Positions 39,943-48,999 are shown, counted from the first letter of the stretch. The stretch is DNA of 64,000 bases from Desulfobulbaceae bacterium (GCA_015231515.1 JADGBM010000001.1:23544-87543); one strand, 5' to 3'. A program made the numbers and translations. Notes: a model not told the origin generated them from the letters alone.

Positions 39943-40365
39943 ATGCGTCTTTTCAACCTTACAGTTATTCTTTTGATACTACTGTTGAACAGTGCGTACG
40001 CCGGCGATGTCAGCTCACTTGTAGCTTTGGCGCAAAGCTCTTCAGAGTCTGGACATCACCATGAATCATTTGAAACATATTGGCTCGCCTTCAGACAAGA
40101 ACCCGACAATATTGAAATAAATTTTAATCTCGGCATTGAGGCTGCGGCAATATCAGATAACGAATCTGCAGTAATGGCCTTTGAACGGGTATTACTGCTT
40201 GATCCAGGCGCTACTCAGGCAAAAATTGAACTTGGCAAGGCCTTTTACAAACTTGGCGCACTAAAAACGGCCCGCCACTATTTTTCGGAGGTCTTAAGCG
40301 CTGATGACCTACCACAACAGGCTCGAATAAACATACAACACATTTTAGACACGTCAGGGAACTGA
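39943..40365 (+). CDS. Secreted TPR-repeat protein
   Basis: Signal peptide (..LLNSAYA). About three TPR-like units (AxxAFERVLLLDP, GKAFYKLG..A..YF). Confidence 0.6.
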   Translation: MRLFNLTVILLILLLNSAYAGDVSSLVALAQSSSESGHHHESFETYWLAFRQEPDNIEINFNLGIEAAAISDNESAVMAFERVLLLDPGATQAKIELGKAFYKLGALKTARHYFSEVLSADDLPQQARINIQHILDTSGN

Positions 40366-40382
40366 TACTACTATTTATTCTC

Positions 40383-41441
40383 ATGCAATTACTTTTATCA
40401 CTGACGATCATTATTCTGCTTTTACCTTCGAGCTTGCTTGCAGCTGATAATCTTCTTATGCCTGTCGCCTCGGTGATTGCCCTTAGAGGTGACGTTCAAG
40501 CCATTAACAAAGATGGATTATCACGACAATTACACATAAAAGACCCGCTACAACTTCATGATTCAATCAGAACCGGTATTAATGGGCGCCTACAGATTTT
40601 ATTCACAGATAACACCATTATCAGCCTGGGCACAAAAAGCATTTTTGAAATTTCAGATTATTATTTAGCCGACGATAAAACCGGCAAACTTACCACTACC
40701 GTCTCTGAGGGTGTTTTCAGGGTGATGGGTGGAATATTGACCAAAACATCCCCCAACAAATTTATCACAGAGACCCCTTCCGGGAATATCGGCATCAGAG
40801 GCTCCATGTATGCCGCTCAGGTAACCGGCTCAAATCTCTCTGTCGTCTTTGAAGGCGGTAGTGGTATTACCGTAAGTAATAACACAGGTATCGTTACTAT
40901 TTCTGAACCGGGCTCGGGCACAAACACTTCCGGCATCAACCAACCCATTCAAGCTCCACATATTTTCAGTGATGCAGAATTAAACTTTGTCAGACAGAAT
41001 CTTTCCCTTAGCCGACACCCTACCAACTCACCAGCACCCAACAACCAGAACCTACAGGTGACGCCACAGTTCTCACCAGGCGATATTAATTCTCCCAAAG
41101 AGCCCTCTGCTCAAATCAGCCCTGTTCAAAATAGTAATAGCGACCAGACCGAAGAAAGCCTCACTGACAGTGCAACTGAAAATGAGTTTGAAAGTGATTT
41201 CGTAGAGTTATCCAACCAGATTAAAAACAACCAGGAAATTGCCGCCCAGATTTTCAGAAATGCGGTGTCAAATAGGGGTATGGCAGTCGACAGCGCCTTG
41301 AATGCTGTGCTCATAGGCATGACAAACTCCAATAAAATTGCCTTTGACTCTTTAATGAATGAGGCAATCGAGATGGGAATTACAGCAGAGCAAGCAAGAG
41401 AAATTGCAAAAAGCCTTCGTTCAAGCGATGTCTGCAAGTAG
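40383..41441 (+). CDS. Secreted FecR-domain protein with low-complexity linker and helical C-terminus
   Basis: Signal peptide. The V.ALRGDVQA...G....L...D.L...D.I.TG..GRLQILF.D...ISLG pattern matches the FecR domain. Confidence 0.6.
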   Translation: MQLLLSLTIIILLLPSSLLAADNLLMPVASVIALRGDVQAINKDGLSRQLHIKDPLQLHDSIRTGINGRLQILFTDNTIISLGTKSIFEISDYYLADDKTGKLTTTVSEGVFRVMGGILTKTSPNKFITETPSGNIGIRGSMYAAQVTGSNLSVVFEGGSGITVSNNTGIVTISEPGSGTNTSGINQPIQAPHIFSDAELNFVRQNLSLSRHPTNSPAPNNQNLQVTPQFSPGDINSPKEPSAQISPVQNSNSDQTEESLTDSATENEFESDFVELSNQIKNNQEIAAQIFRNAVSNRGMAVDSALNAVLIGMTNSNKIAFDSLMNEAIEMGITAEQAREIAKSLRSSDVCK

Positions 41442-41610
41442 TCTGGTGCCTAAACAACAAACCTGTTCTTTAGTAAAGCCATTGTCAGAAAATAACCTGG
41501 CCGTTTTATCTAGTCATATGGCATAAGGAGCCATAAGGTAATGCATCGTAAATAGCCATGTTGTTTTTTGACGGCACCTAATCTAATACCGATATCCAGG
41601 AAAAATAGGT

Positions 41611-42735
41611 ATGTCATCAGAACCTCTTTTTACTCTTACTGATAACAGAAACAACGAACTCACCATGGCCATAGAGGGTGAATTGAACACCTCAAATACT
41701 GCCAGGTTCACGCAATTAGCAGAAATTGAAATCTCCTCAAAAAGACCATCTTCATTAATTGTCGATCTCTCTGACCTCAAAGCCATTGACGATTACGGCA
41801 TCTCATCGCTTGCCTGCATAAAACAGAAAATCCTATCGTCTGGAGGCAATTTTTATCTCACAAACGTTTCCGACACTATCAAAGAGTTATTCAAAATTCA
41901 CAGTTTTGACAAATTAACCGCCCCTCTTGCCTCTCCATCATCTTCACCGGATATATTTGTCAAAATCGGGTCTTCCACTTTAGTATCGATTAAGAAATTC
42001 TCTTTTGGCATGACTTTTCTGGGCGAAACGATATTCTCATTTTTTCGGCTCTTAGCGTCGCCTAAATCGTTTCGAACTGATGACACCATTTATAATATGC
42101 GCCGTGTTGGTGTCGATGCCCTGCCCATTGTTGCCCTTATAAGTTTTCTACTGGGCCTGATCATGGCTTTTATGTCCTCAGTGCAGCTCAAGCAGTTCGG
42201 AGCAAATATTTACGTTGCCTCGTTAGTTGGTTTAAGTATGACCCGTGAACTTGGGCCTATCATGACCGCTATAATTGTGTCTGGCAGATCCTCTTCAGCA
42301 TTTGCAGCAGAGATTGGTTCAATGAAAATCTCTGAGGAGATTGATGCTCTTTTCACAATGGGTATAGATCCGCATCAGTTTTTGGTGCTACCACGAATTA
42401 TCGCCACGGTGTTGATGGTTCCTCTCCTCATTTTATTTTCAGACATATTTGCCATCTTGGGGGGGCTGATTGTCGGTATCACCATGCTTGGTCTCACCGT
42501 AGATGGTTACATCACTCAAACAATTAATACTCTTAGACTTTTTGATGTATTCTGGGGGGTCTTTAAAGGGGGAATATTTGCTCTGTTTATCTCATGGATC
42601 GGCTGCCTGCGAGGATTTCAGGTAAAAGAAGGCGCAGCCGACGTTGGCAAAGCCACAACTTCTGCCGTAGTTACCAGCATATTCATGGTCATTGTCATTG
42701 ACTCTATCATGGTCGTTATTTTGAGGTACTGGTAA
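41611..42735 (+). CDS. STAS-domain / MlaE-type ABC permease fusion
   Basis: The N-terminal 100 aa or so are anti-sigma-antagonist-like (LTMAIEGELN..LIVDLSDLKAIDDYGISSL). The C-terminal part is the MlaE core (TRELGPIMTAIIVSGRSSSAFAAEIGSMKISEEIDAL). Confidence 0.8.
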   Translation: MSSEPLFTLTDNRNNELTMAIEGELNTSNTARFTQLAEIEISSKRPSSLIVDLSDLKAIDDYGISSLACIKQKILSSGGNFYLTNVSDTIKELFKIHSFDKLTAPLASPSSSPDIFVKIGSSTLVSIKKFSFGMTFLGETIFSFFRLLASPKSFRTDDTIYNMRRVGVDALPIVALISFLLGLIMAFMSSVQLKQFGANIYVASLVGLSMTRELGPIMTAIIVSGRSSSAFAAEIGSMKISEEIDALFTMGIDPHQFLVLPRIIATVLMVPLLILFSDIFAILGGLIVGITMLGLTVDGYITQTINTLRLFDVFWGVFKGGIFALFISWIGCLRGFQVKEGAADVGKATTSAVVTSIFMVIVIDSIMVVILRYW

Positions 42736-43508
42736 TGACTATGTTCCGCGAAAAGCCCCGATCCCTGATTCAGGTTCGAGATCTTACCTGCGGCTTTGAA
42801 AATCAGATAATTCTTAAAAGTATCAATTTTGATGTTAATGCCGGTGAAATATTCATTATTTTAGGCGGCAGTGGGTGCGGGAAAAGCACCCTTCTTAAAC
42901 ACATGATCGGATTACTTCAACCCCTTTCCGGAACCATAGTCATTAACGAGATGGATGTTACTGGAGGCTCAAGTAAAACTCTTCATACCGTATTGCGACA
43001 ATGCGGTATTTTATTTCAGAGCGGCGCCCTGTTCGGCTCTATGACCCTGGCTGAAAATGTTGCGCTTCCATTACGTGAATACTCCGGCCTTCCTGAAGAA
43101 AACATTCAATGTCTGGTCAAAATGAAACTTAATATGGTGGGTCTATTGGGCTATGAAAACCATTTCCCAACTGAAATTTCAGGGGGCATGAAAAAAAGAG
43201 CCGGCCTTGCACGCGCCATGGCCCTTAACCCCTCTATTCTTTTTTGTGATGAACCGTCGGCCGGGCTTGACCCGATTACATCTGCAGAACTTGACCGCCT
43301 ACTGCTCCATATTAATCACACTTTAGGCACTACCATGATCATCGTAACACACGAGTTATCTAGTGTTTTTAACATAGCTGACCGGGTCATAATGCTTGAC
43401 AAAAACATTAAGGGAATTGTCGCTGAAGGTGATCCCTTTCAACTCCGAGACCACAGTCTTAACAGCTACGTACAGCGCTTTTTTAGACGAAAACCTGAAG
43501 CACCATAG
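42735..43508 (+). CDS. MlaF-type ABC transporter ATPase
   Basis: Walker A GGSGCGKST, signature SGGMKKR, Walker B ILFCDEPSAGLD. The start overlaps the permease stop (TAATG). Confidence 0.88.
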   Translation: MTMFREKPRSLIQVRDLTCGFENQIILKSINFDVNAGEIFIILGGSGCGKSTLLKHMIGLLQPLSGTIVINEMDVTGGSSKTLHTVLRQCGILFQSGALFGSMTLAENVALPLREYSGLPEENIQCLVKMKLNMVGLLGYENHFPTEISGGMKKRAGLARAMALNPSILFCDEPSAGLDPITSAELDRLLLHINHTLGTTMIIVTHELSSVFNIADRVIMLDKNIKGIVAEGDPFQLRDHSLNSYVQRFFRRKPEAP

Positions 43509-43534
43509 CAACGTAGAGATCTCGATTTATTATT

Positions 43535-44497
43535 ATGAACGATAAGAAAACCAAATTTATAGTAGGCTTCTTTGTGGCCTGCGGTCTTTCCATTATTGTG
43601 GTCACTGTTATCTGGCTTGGAATGAGTAATTTTTTCCAAAAAGGTGATCTCTATTCGATTTTTTTTGATGAATCTGTCCAGGGTCTTACAGTGGAGGCAC
43701 CGGTAAAGTATCGAGGTGTGCCTATTGGCAGGGTTCAGCGTATTAAAGTAGCTGCAGACTCCCATTTAATCGAGGTTGTCATTGAGCTTTCACATGATTT
43801 CACGCTCCAGCATAAAGTCGTTGCCCAGCTCAAGGTTGTCGGTATTACAGGCAATATGTTCATTGAGCTTGACCACGATACAGATGAATCTTCAGGTCAA
43901 ATTATTACTCAGCTGAATTTCCCCACCGAATATCCCGTTATTCCGGCGCGCTCATCAGATATCAAGCAACTTTTTAGCAGTGTGGAAGAGATTGTTACGA
44001 AATTGAAAACCATCGATATCGCCGGTCTCGCTACAGATGTAAAAAAGACCATAAACCATATTGACAAGGCAATTACCGATACTGACATTACAGGTCTTTC
44101 GACTCAAATCCAATTGACCTTTGAACAGTTCAACTCAACTCTCTCCAACTCAGACCTCCCTCAAATAACCGCACGATTAAACTCTTTACTTGAGCACCTT
44201 GATAAATCTGTACAGGCTTTAGATATTACCGAGCTCAGTACTGAGGCAAAAAACACATTACATGCCCTGCGCCAGGATACCAACGAACTGCTTATTGCCA
44301 CTCAACCACTTCTCATCAAGGCATCCGACACGATAGGCGCTGCTGAAAACACTATTGATATTTTCAACAAACAGCTTCTTATTATAAGCCAACAAACACA
44401 ACGAACGAACAGCAAACTAAACGACCTGATCGACCAACTCAACGACCAGCCATCACAGCTACTCTTTGGGGATGCCCCGGCAAGACGCATACAATAA
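43535..44497 (+). CDS. MCE-domain (MlaD-like) protein with extended helical repeat tail
   Basis: TM anchor plus MCE core (FDESVQGLTVEAPVKYRGVPIGRV). Then about four tandem 21-22-aa repeats (IDIAGLATD.., TDITGLSTQ.., SDLPQITAR.., LDITELSTE..) at roughly 44009-44285. Confidence 0.8.
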   Translation: MNDKKTKFIVGFFVACGLSIIVVTVIWLGMSNFFQKGDLYSIFFDESVQGLTVEAPVKYRGVPIGRVQRIKVAADSHLIEVVIELSHDFTLQHKVVAQLKVVGITGNMFIELDHDTDESSGQIITQLNFPTEYPVIPARSSDIKQLFSSVEEIVTKLKTIDIAGLATDVKKTINHIDKAITDTDITGLSTQIQLTFEQFNSTLSNSDLPQITARLNSLLEHLDKSVQALDITELSTEAKNTLHALRQDTNELLIATQPLLIKASDTIGAAENTIDIFNKQLLIISQQTQRTNSKLNDLIDQLNDQPSQLLFGDAPARRIQ

Positions 44498-44503
44498 TCC
44501 ATT

Positions 44504-45181
44504 ATGAGTATATCCATGACGCCTTATTATCGACTCAAACCCCGCATAATCAGCAAGTTCCCAAGTAAAATCGCCTTCACCTCAGCCATTGTCATTTTGT
44601 GTACTCTGCTGTTTTATGGCTGTCTTCCATCAAAACAGCCACCCATTACTATCGACTATTATACCCTCGACTATGAACCGCCACCGGCTAATGAGGCCCC
44701 TGTTATTCCGGTAATTATAGCAGTTGATCGTTTTTCTTCATCTCCGGAATATCAAACGGACAAGATGCTCTATCAAGAAAAAAAAGCGACAATATCCGCC
44801 TACACCTATCATCGATGGCGAACAACCCCGGCCGATATTGTTTCATATTATCTGGCCAGAGATCTGCAAGCCTCCAAACTTTTCCTGGCCGTTACTTCTC
44901 CATCAGGACGCCTGAGGCCGACCCATCGTCTTGAAGGTGTAGTCGATAAATTTATTGAATCCGATGAAGAACCATACTGGTATGCTGTAATTTCTGTCAC
45001 AATTACTGTCGTGAAGGAGGCTGAACCAGACGTTACAAAACAGGTATTGACCCAACAATCTTTCAGCTCAAAAATCCGCTGCCAGGAAAAAAGCCCTTTA
45101 GCTGTTTCACAGGCCATGGCTTTGGCAATGGCGGAAATCACACACGACATAACTATCTTGCTGGCAAAAAAACTACGATGA
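44504..45181 (+). CDS. ABC-transport auxiliary lipoprotein (DUF330 / PqiC-YmbA-like)
   Basis: Lipobox LFYGC. Size and position after an MCE gene are typical. The Y..H.W...P pattern (YTYHRWRTTPADIV) matches the family. Confidence 0.65.
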   Translation: MSISMTPYYRLKPRIISKFPSKIAFTSAIVILCTLLFYGCLPSKQPPITIDYYTLDYEPPPANEAPVIPVIIAVDRFSSSPEYQTDKMLYQEKKATISAYTYHRWRTTPADIVSYYLARDLQASKLFLAVTSPSGRLRPTHRLEGVVDKFIESDEEPYWYAVISVTITVVKEAEPDVTKQVLTQQSFSSKIRCQEKSPLAVSQAMALAMAEITHDITILLAKKLR

Positions 45182-46488
45182 TTAGAATTCAACAGTTGAT
45201 CAACGATCAATCCTTAAGTCATTTTCTGGAAACTTACAGCGAGAGCAAGCCTGTCTTTTTAGAAGGTGATGATTCAAAAGACATTTTTATTCTTATTCAT
45301 GGCAGCTTAAAGCTTTTAAAAAACAAAAAACAGATTGGCGAGATTTATCGTTCTGGTGAGTTGTTTGGTGAGATGAGTTATCTGCTCGACACCAATCGCA
45401 CGGCTTCTGTTGTTGCGCAAACAGAGACAAGACTGCTTAAAATCCCTGAAGATTCTATCCCCGAATTTCTCCGTAAATACTCGGAAGTTTCACAGGAAAT
45501 TATTCACACACTCGCCCAGCGCTTAAAAGATACAACCCAGGTTGCTCATGGTTTGAAAGAGTTTTGTGACCAATTGCCAGATGCTGTGGTTATGACAGAT
45601 ACCAGCAATAAAATCATGGCCTGGAATAAAGCAGCTGAAATCCTGCATGGCAGGGTCTGGCAGGAGATGAAGGGCCAATCCGTCTCAGATGTATTTCAGA
45701 ATCCGGAAGAGTATCGCCAATTTATTGAAGATGTCCAGGCCGGCAAACACCTTACCGAAAAAATATTACTGATCCGATGTCCTGATGGCGACGAGCGCTA
45801 CGTATCGACAAGCACAACCGTGATTTACGATGGTCACTTTAATATAGCGGGCTATATTTTCTTAAGCCGAAACGTTACCAACCTGGTCAGGCTGGAAGAA
45901 AAATACCGTAAACTAAAACATATTTTCCTGCCAACCTTTGCTGTTCTTGCTTCACTTCTGGTCGTTCTTTCCGTCGGACTTAGCAACTTTTCTAAGGGAA
46001 TACAGATACTTGACCACAAAAAGCAAAGCTTCCAGAATAGGATCACCAATGACTATAAACTCTTATACAGTGACATAAGTCCGATATTACCAATAGAGGA
46101 CAGATCACAGGTTCAAAAAACAATCGAACGATATTTTAAAAAAACACACCCAGAACAATTCTCAATAAATGGTATTTTAGTGCTTAATAACCTTAAACTT
46201 GTTACCCATGGTTATACCGCCAATGCGCCAAAAAATGATGTTAGTGTTAACACACATTACAGCGGTATTAATTTTACTGGCGACAAGAAGAAAAATTTCA
46301 AAATCCTAAATTTATACCGAACCGGCGCAGACGGTGCTCAAGGAAGCAAAGAGACTGAACTGGCAATTGAAATAAAAAATAACAACAATGAGATTTCCAA
46401 CTGGATCGTGTTTCAACTTGACATGGAGAGCCTTGAAAAGGAGTTCGGCATTACACAGAAAATGTTATATAAAATGACTTTCAATTAG
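45178..46488 (+). CDS. Cyclic-nucleotide-binding, PAS and TM protein with an unknown C-terminal extracytoplasmic domain
   Basis: CAP_ED motif GELFGEMSYL..RTASVVA. PAS (LPDAVVMTDTSNKIMAWNKAAEILHG). One TM helix (IFLPTFAVLASLLVVLSVGL). No recognisable output domain. The start overlaps the previous stop (ATGA). Confidence 0.7.
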   Translation: MIRIQQLINDQSLSHFLETYSESKPVFLEGDDSKDIFILIHGSLKLLKNKKQIGEIYRSGELFGEMSYLLDTNRTASVVAQTETRLLKIPEDSIPEFLRKYSEVSQEIIHTLAQRLKDTTQVAHGLKEFCDQLPDAVVMTDTSNKIMAWNKAAEILHGRVWQEMKGQSVSDVFQNPEEYRQFIEDVQAGKHLTEKILLIRCPDGDERYVSTSTTVIYDGHFNIAGYIFLSRNVTNLVRLEEKYRKLKHIFLPTFAVLASLLVVLSVGLSNFSKGIQILDHKKQSFQNRITNDYKLLYSDISPILPIEDRSQVQKTIERYFKKTHPEQFSINGILVLNNLKLVTHGYTANAPKNDVSVNTHYSGINFTGDKKKNFKILNLYRTGADGAQGSKETELAIEIKNNNNEISNWIVFQLDMESLEKEFGITQKMLYKMTFN

Positions 46489-46524
46489 TGCCGTACTTAA
46501 AAAAACTCAGCGCCCAATGAATAA

Positions 46525-47295
46525 ATGCCACCAAAGGAAAAAACCACTGTGACACCTTTAAATTTAACCAAAGTCAACCCCAAAGCAGTAGAGACGATAC
46601 GGCCTTTTTTTGAGCAAATCCTTTCAACGCACCAGGCAAAGATTCACTCCCTGGTCGTTACCGGCTCCGCTATTACTGAAGATTTCAACAGTTCCAAATC
46701 GGATGTCAATTCTATAATTATTTTAAAAGATATGGACTTAAAATTTTTAGAGGAAATTGCCCCACTTGGTAAAAAATTTGGCAAGAAAAAGGTCGCTGCT
46801 CCTCTTATAATGACCCCGGACTATATCACCGAGTCACTTGATGTTTTTCCCATTGAATTTCTCAATTTCAAAATTATACACCAGACAGCATATGGCAACG
46901 AAATTCTCGATAGCATTGAGATTGAACGGCACGACCTTCGGCATCAATGTGAGAGGGAGATAAAAACTAAATTGATCGGGTTGCGTCAGGGGTACCTTTC
47001 ATCACAGGCCGACCCACAATTATTGTCTGAGAAATTCATCGCAGTCATAACCAGCGATATCCCTCTCTTTCGGGCGCTTATGTTCTTACTTCGGCAAGAA
47101 TCGGTGATACAAGTAAATAAAGTCATACAGACCCTATCAACTGCTGTCGCCATCAATACTGATCCGTTTTTTAAAGCCCAGCAAATTAAACAAAATGTAC
47201 TGAAACCATCAATGGCTGAATTTAACACCATATTCGAAAACTACTATAGTGCTTTTGAGAAATTAGGAAAGATAGTTAATGAAATCAGTATCTAA
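46525..47295 (+). CDS. Nucleotidyltransferase-fold-like protein (motif degenerate)
   Basis: TGSAITEDFNSSKSDVNSIIIL resembles the minimal NTase G-S-x(9-13)-D-h-D signature, but with DVN in place of DxD. The start codon is uncertain. Confidence 0.4.
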   Translation: MPPKEKTTVTPLNLTKVNPKAVETIRPFFEQILSTHQAKIHSLVVTGSAITEDFNSSKSDVNSIIILKDMDLKFLEEIAPLGKKFGKKKVAAPLIMTPDYITESLDVFPIEFLNFKIIHQTAYGNEILDSIEIERHDLRHQCEREIKTKLIGLRQGYLSSQADPQLLSEKFIAVITSDIPLFRALMFLLRQESVIQVNKVIQTLSTAVAINTDPFFKAQQIKQNVLKPSMAEFNTIFENYYSAFEKLGKIVNEISI

Positions 47296-48049
47296 ACTTT
47301 TAACTCTATTAATTATTCTGCTACTAAGTACTGCTTCTTCAATCCCTGCAGCAGTTACCATTCCGGCTCAACCTGCAAACTACGTTGTTGATCTGGCCGA
47401 TATTATTAACGTCAACGCAGAAACATCCCTGAACAGTTACCTCAAGGAGCTTGAACAAAAAACATCTGCCCAGGTTATTGTACTCACTATTACCTCCTTA
47501 GATGGCGATTCTATAGAGGATTTTTCCATTAATCTCGCTCATGACAAGTGGAAACTCGGACAAAAGGGCAAAGATAATGGCTTACTGTTTGTTGTTTCAA
47601 CTCAGGACAGAAAATACCGGTTTGAAGTCGGATACGGTTTAGAATCAATACTGCCAGACAGCCTGGTTGGCTCTATCGGACGCCAATATCTTGTGCCGTA
47701 TTTAAAAAAAGGTGATTATTCTAACGGTATTCTATCATCAACTCTCGCTGTTATAAAAATTATAGCAAATGATGCCGGCGTTACCATTGGCGATCTTCCG
47801 CCAATACCTGCAAGTAATGATTATGGAAAACAACAACTCAAACCCAAATCCCCTCTTGAAAAACTTCTTCCCTTTCTCATTTTAATTATCATGATCTATT
47901 TTATTATCAGGCATCCTCGCTTGGCCCTTTTTCTGCTCATGATGAATATGGGTGGTGGTAGAAGTCGGGGGGGCTGGAGTGGTGGAGGTGGTTTTGGTGG
48001 AGGAGGCGGCGGTGGTTTTGGCGGTGGCGGGGCCTCGGGCGGCTGGTAA
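47279..48049 (+). CDS. TPM-domain (YgcG-like) protein with TM segment and Gly-rich tail
   Basis: Signal peptide. TPM core (VVDLADII..LE..T.AQVIVLTI.SL.G..IEDF....KW.LG.KGKDNGLLFVVS..DRKYRFEVGYGLE). C-terminal GGGRSRGGWSGGGGFGGGGGGGFGGGG. Confidence 0.8.
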   Translation: MKSVSKLLTLLIILLLSTASSIPAAVTIPAQPANYVVDLADIINVNAETSLNSYLKELEQKTSAQVIVLTITSLDGDSIEDFSINLAHDKWKLGQKGKDNGLLFVVSTQDRKYRFEVGYGLESILPDSLVGSIGRQYLVPYLKKGDYSNGILSSTLAVIKIIANDAGVTIGDLPPIPASNDYGKQQLKPKSPLEKLLPFLILIIMIYFIIRHPRLALFLLMMNMGGGRSRGGWSGGGGFGGGGGGGFGGGGASGGW

Positions 48050-48072
48050 ATTTAACAAACTGGAGAGTTTCA

Positions 48073-48648
48073 ATGTCAAAAGGACTTAAAACAGTATTAA
48101 TTGTCGCGGGAATACTACTATTTTTGGCGTTCGCAATATTCAAATGGTACGTGGGCGGCTACAATAAGGTTGTCTCTATGGATGAGAATGTAAAAGGAAG
48201 TTGGGCTGAGGTAGAGAATCAGCTAAAACGTAGATATGATCTTATTCCCAACCTGATAGAAACCGTCAAAGGCTATGCCTCTCATGAGAAGGAACTTTTT
48301 CAATTTATTGCAGAGGCCCGTACGAAATATTTCAGTGCTCCAACAGTTAAGGGTAAAATTGAATCATCTAACCAATTAGAAGGTGCTCTTTCAAAGCTTC
48401 TGCTCCTGCGAGAACAGTATCCACAGCTTAAGGCCAATGAATCCTTCCTCAAGCTGCAAGATAGTCTGGAAGGAACAGAGAACCGCATTGCAGTCGCCAG
48501 AAAACGATATAACGATTCCGTGCAGCTCCTCAACACCTACATCAGAACTTTCATGGGCCGATTTTTTGCGGGCTTTGCCGGGGTAACTAATGCTGAATAC
48601 TTCAAAGTGCCCGAAGCGGAACAGGCTGTGCCGCAGGTTAAATTTTAA
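48073..48648 (+). CDS. LemA-family protein
   Basis: N-terminal TM helix. Conserved W.EVENQLKRRYDLIPNL..TVKGYA.HE and NRIAVARKRYND blocks. Confidence 0.85.
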   Translation: MSKGLKTVLIVAGILLFLAFAIFKWYVGGYNKVVSMDENVKGSWAEVENQLKRRYDLIPNLIETVKGYASHEKELFQFIAEARTKYFSAPTVKGKIESSNQLEGALSKLLLLREQYPQLKANESFLKLQDSLEGTENRIAVARKRYNDSVQLLNTYIRTFMGRFFAGFAGVTNAEYFKVPEAEQAVPQVKF

Positions 48649-48657
48649 GGATAAATT

Positions 48658-48999
48658 ATGAATATAGACTGGGCTTACATGCGAAAAGGCTGAAAATCTT
48701 GTCAAAAAGCACAGGCTGTGCTTGATCACAACAACTCGGCAATACATTCAATTGCTGATGCTCGTGTGGATAAACTTGAATCAAATGACGCTTGGGAAAT
48801 ACTGAACAAATCGTCTAATCTTATTATCGCCAAGGGAAAAAAGACCTTGGAGTTTGTTCCTTCAACCAAGAATAAGGCGGAAATACTCTCTCATGCTATT
48901 GGCAGAAGCGGCACATTACGAGCGCCGACGTTGATCATTGCCGATAAAATTGTTGTCGGCTACCAGGATGAGCTTTATACCAACCTGTTCAGCAAATAA
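48658..48999 (+). CDS. Candidate selenoprotein: ArsC/Spx-fold thioredoxin-like protein with U-x-x-C (in-frame TGA at 48691-48693)
   Basis: ATG 48658 lies 6 nt after AAGGA. It reads MNIDWAYMRKG-TGA-KSCQKAQAVLD.. in frame with the track ORF 48718..48999. The C-terminus LRAPTLIIADKIVVGYQDELY is ArsC/Spx-like. A SECIS-like hairpin lies just downstream of the TGA. Confidence 0.6.
48699..48731 (+). promoter_or_regulatory. SECIS-like stem-loop downstream of the in-frame UGA
   Basis: Lower stem TTGT (48699-702) pairs with ACAA (48728-731). After a 4x4 internal loop, upper stem AAGCACA (48707-713) pairs with TGTGCTT (48717-723). The apical loop is G-rich (GGC). The structure begins 6 nt after the UGA. 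Confidence 0.45.

Noticed and set aside
47941-48048. GGN-rich repetitive DNA (also at 50378-50400) that superficially looks like a tandem or CRISPR-like repeat.
   Set aside because: These are in-frame poly-Gly tails or linkers of the TPM protein and the PKD lipoprotein. There is no repeat-spacer periodicity.
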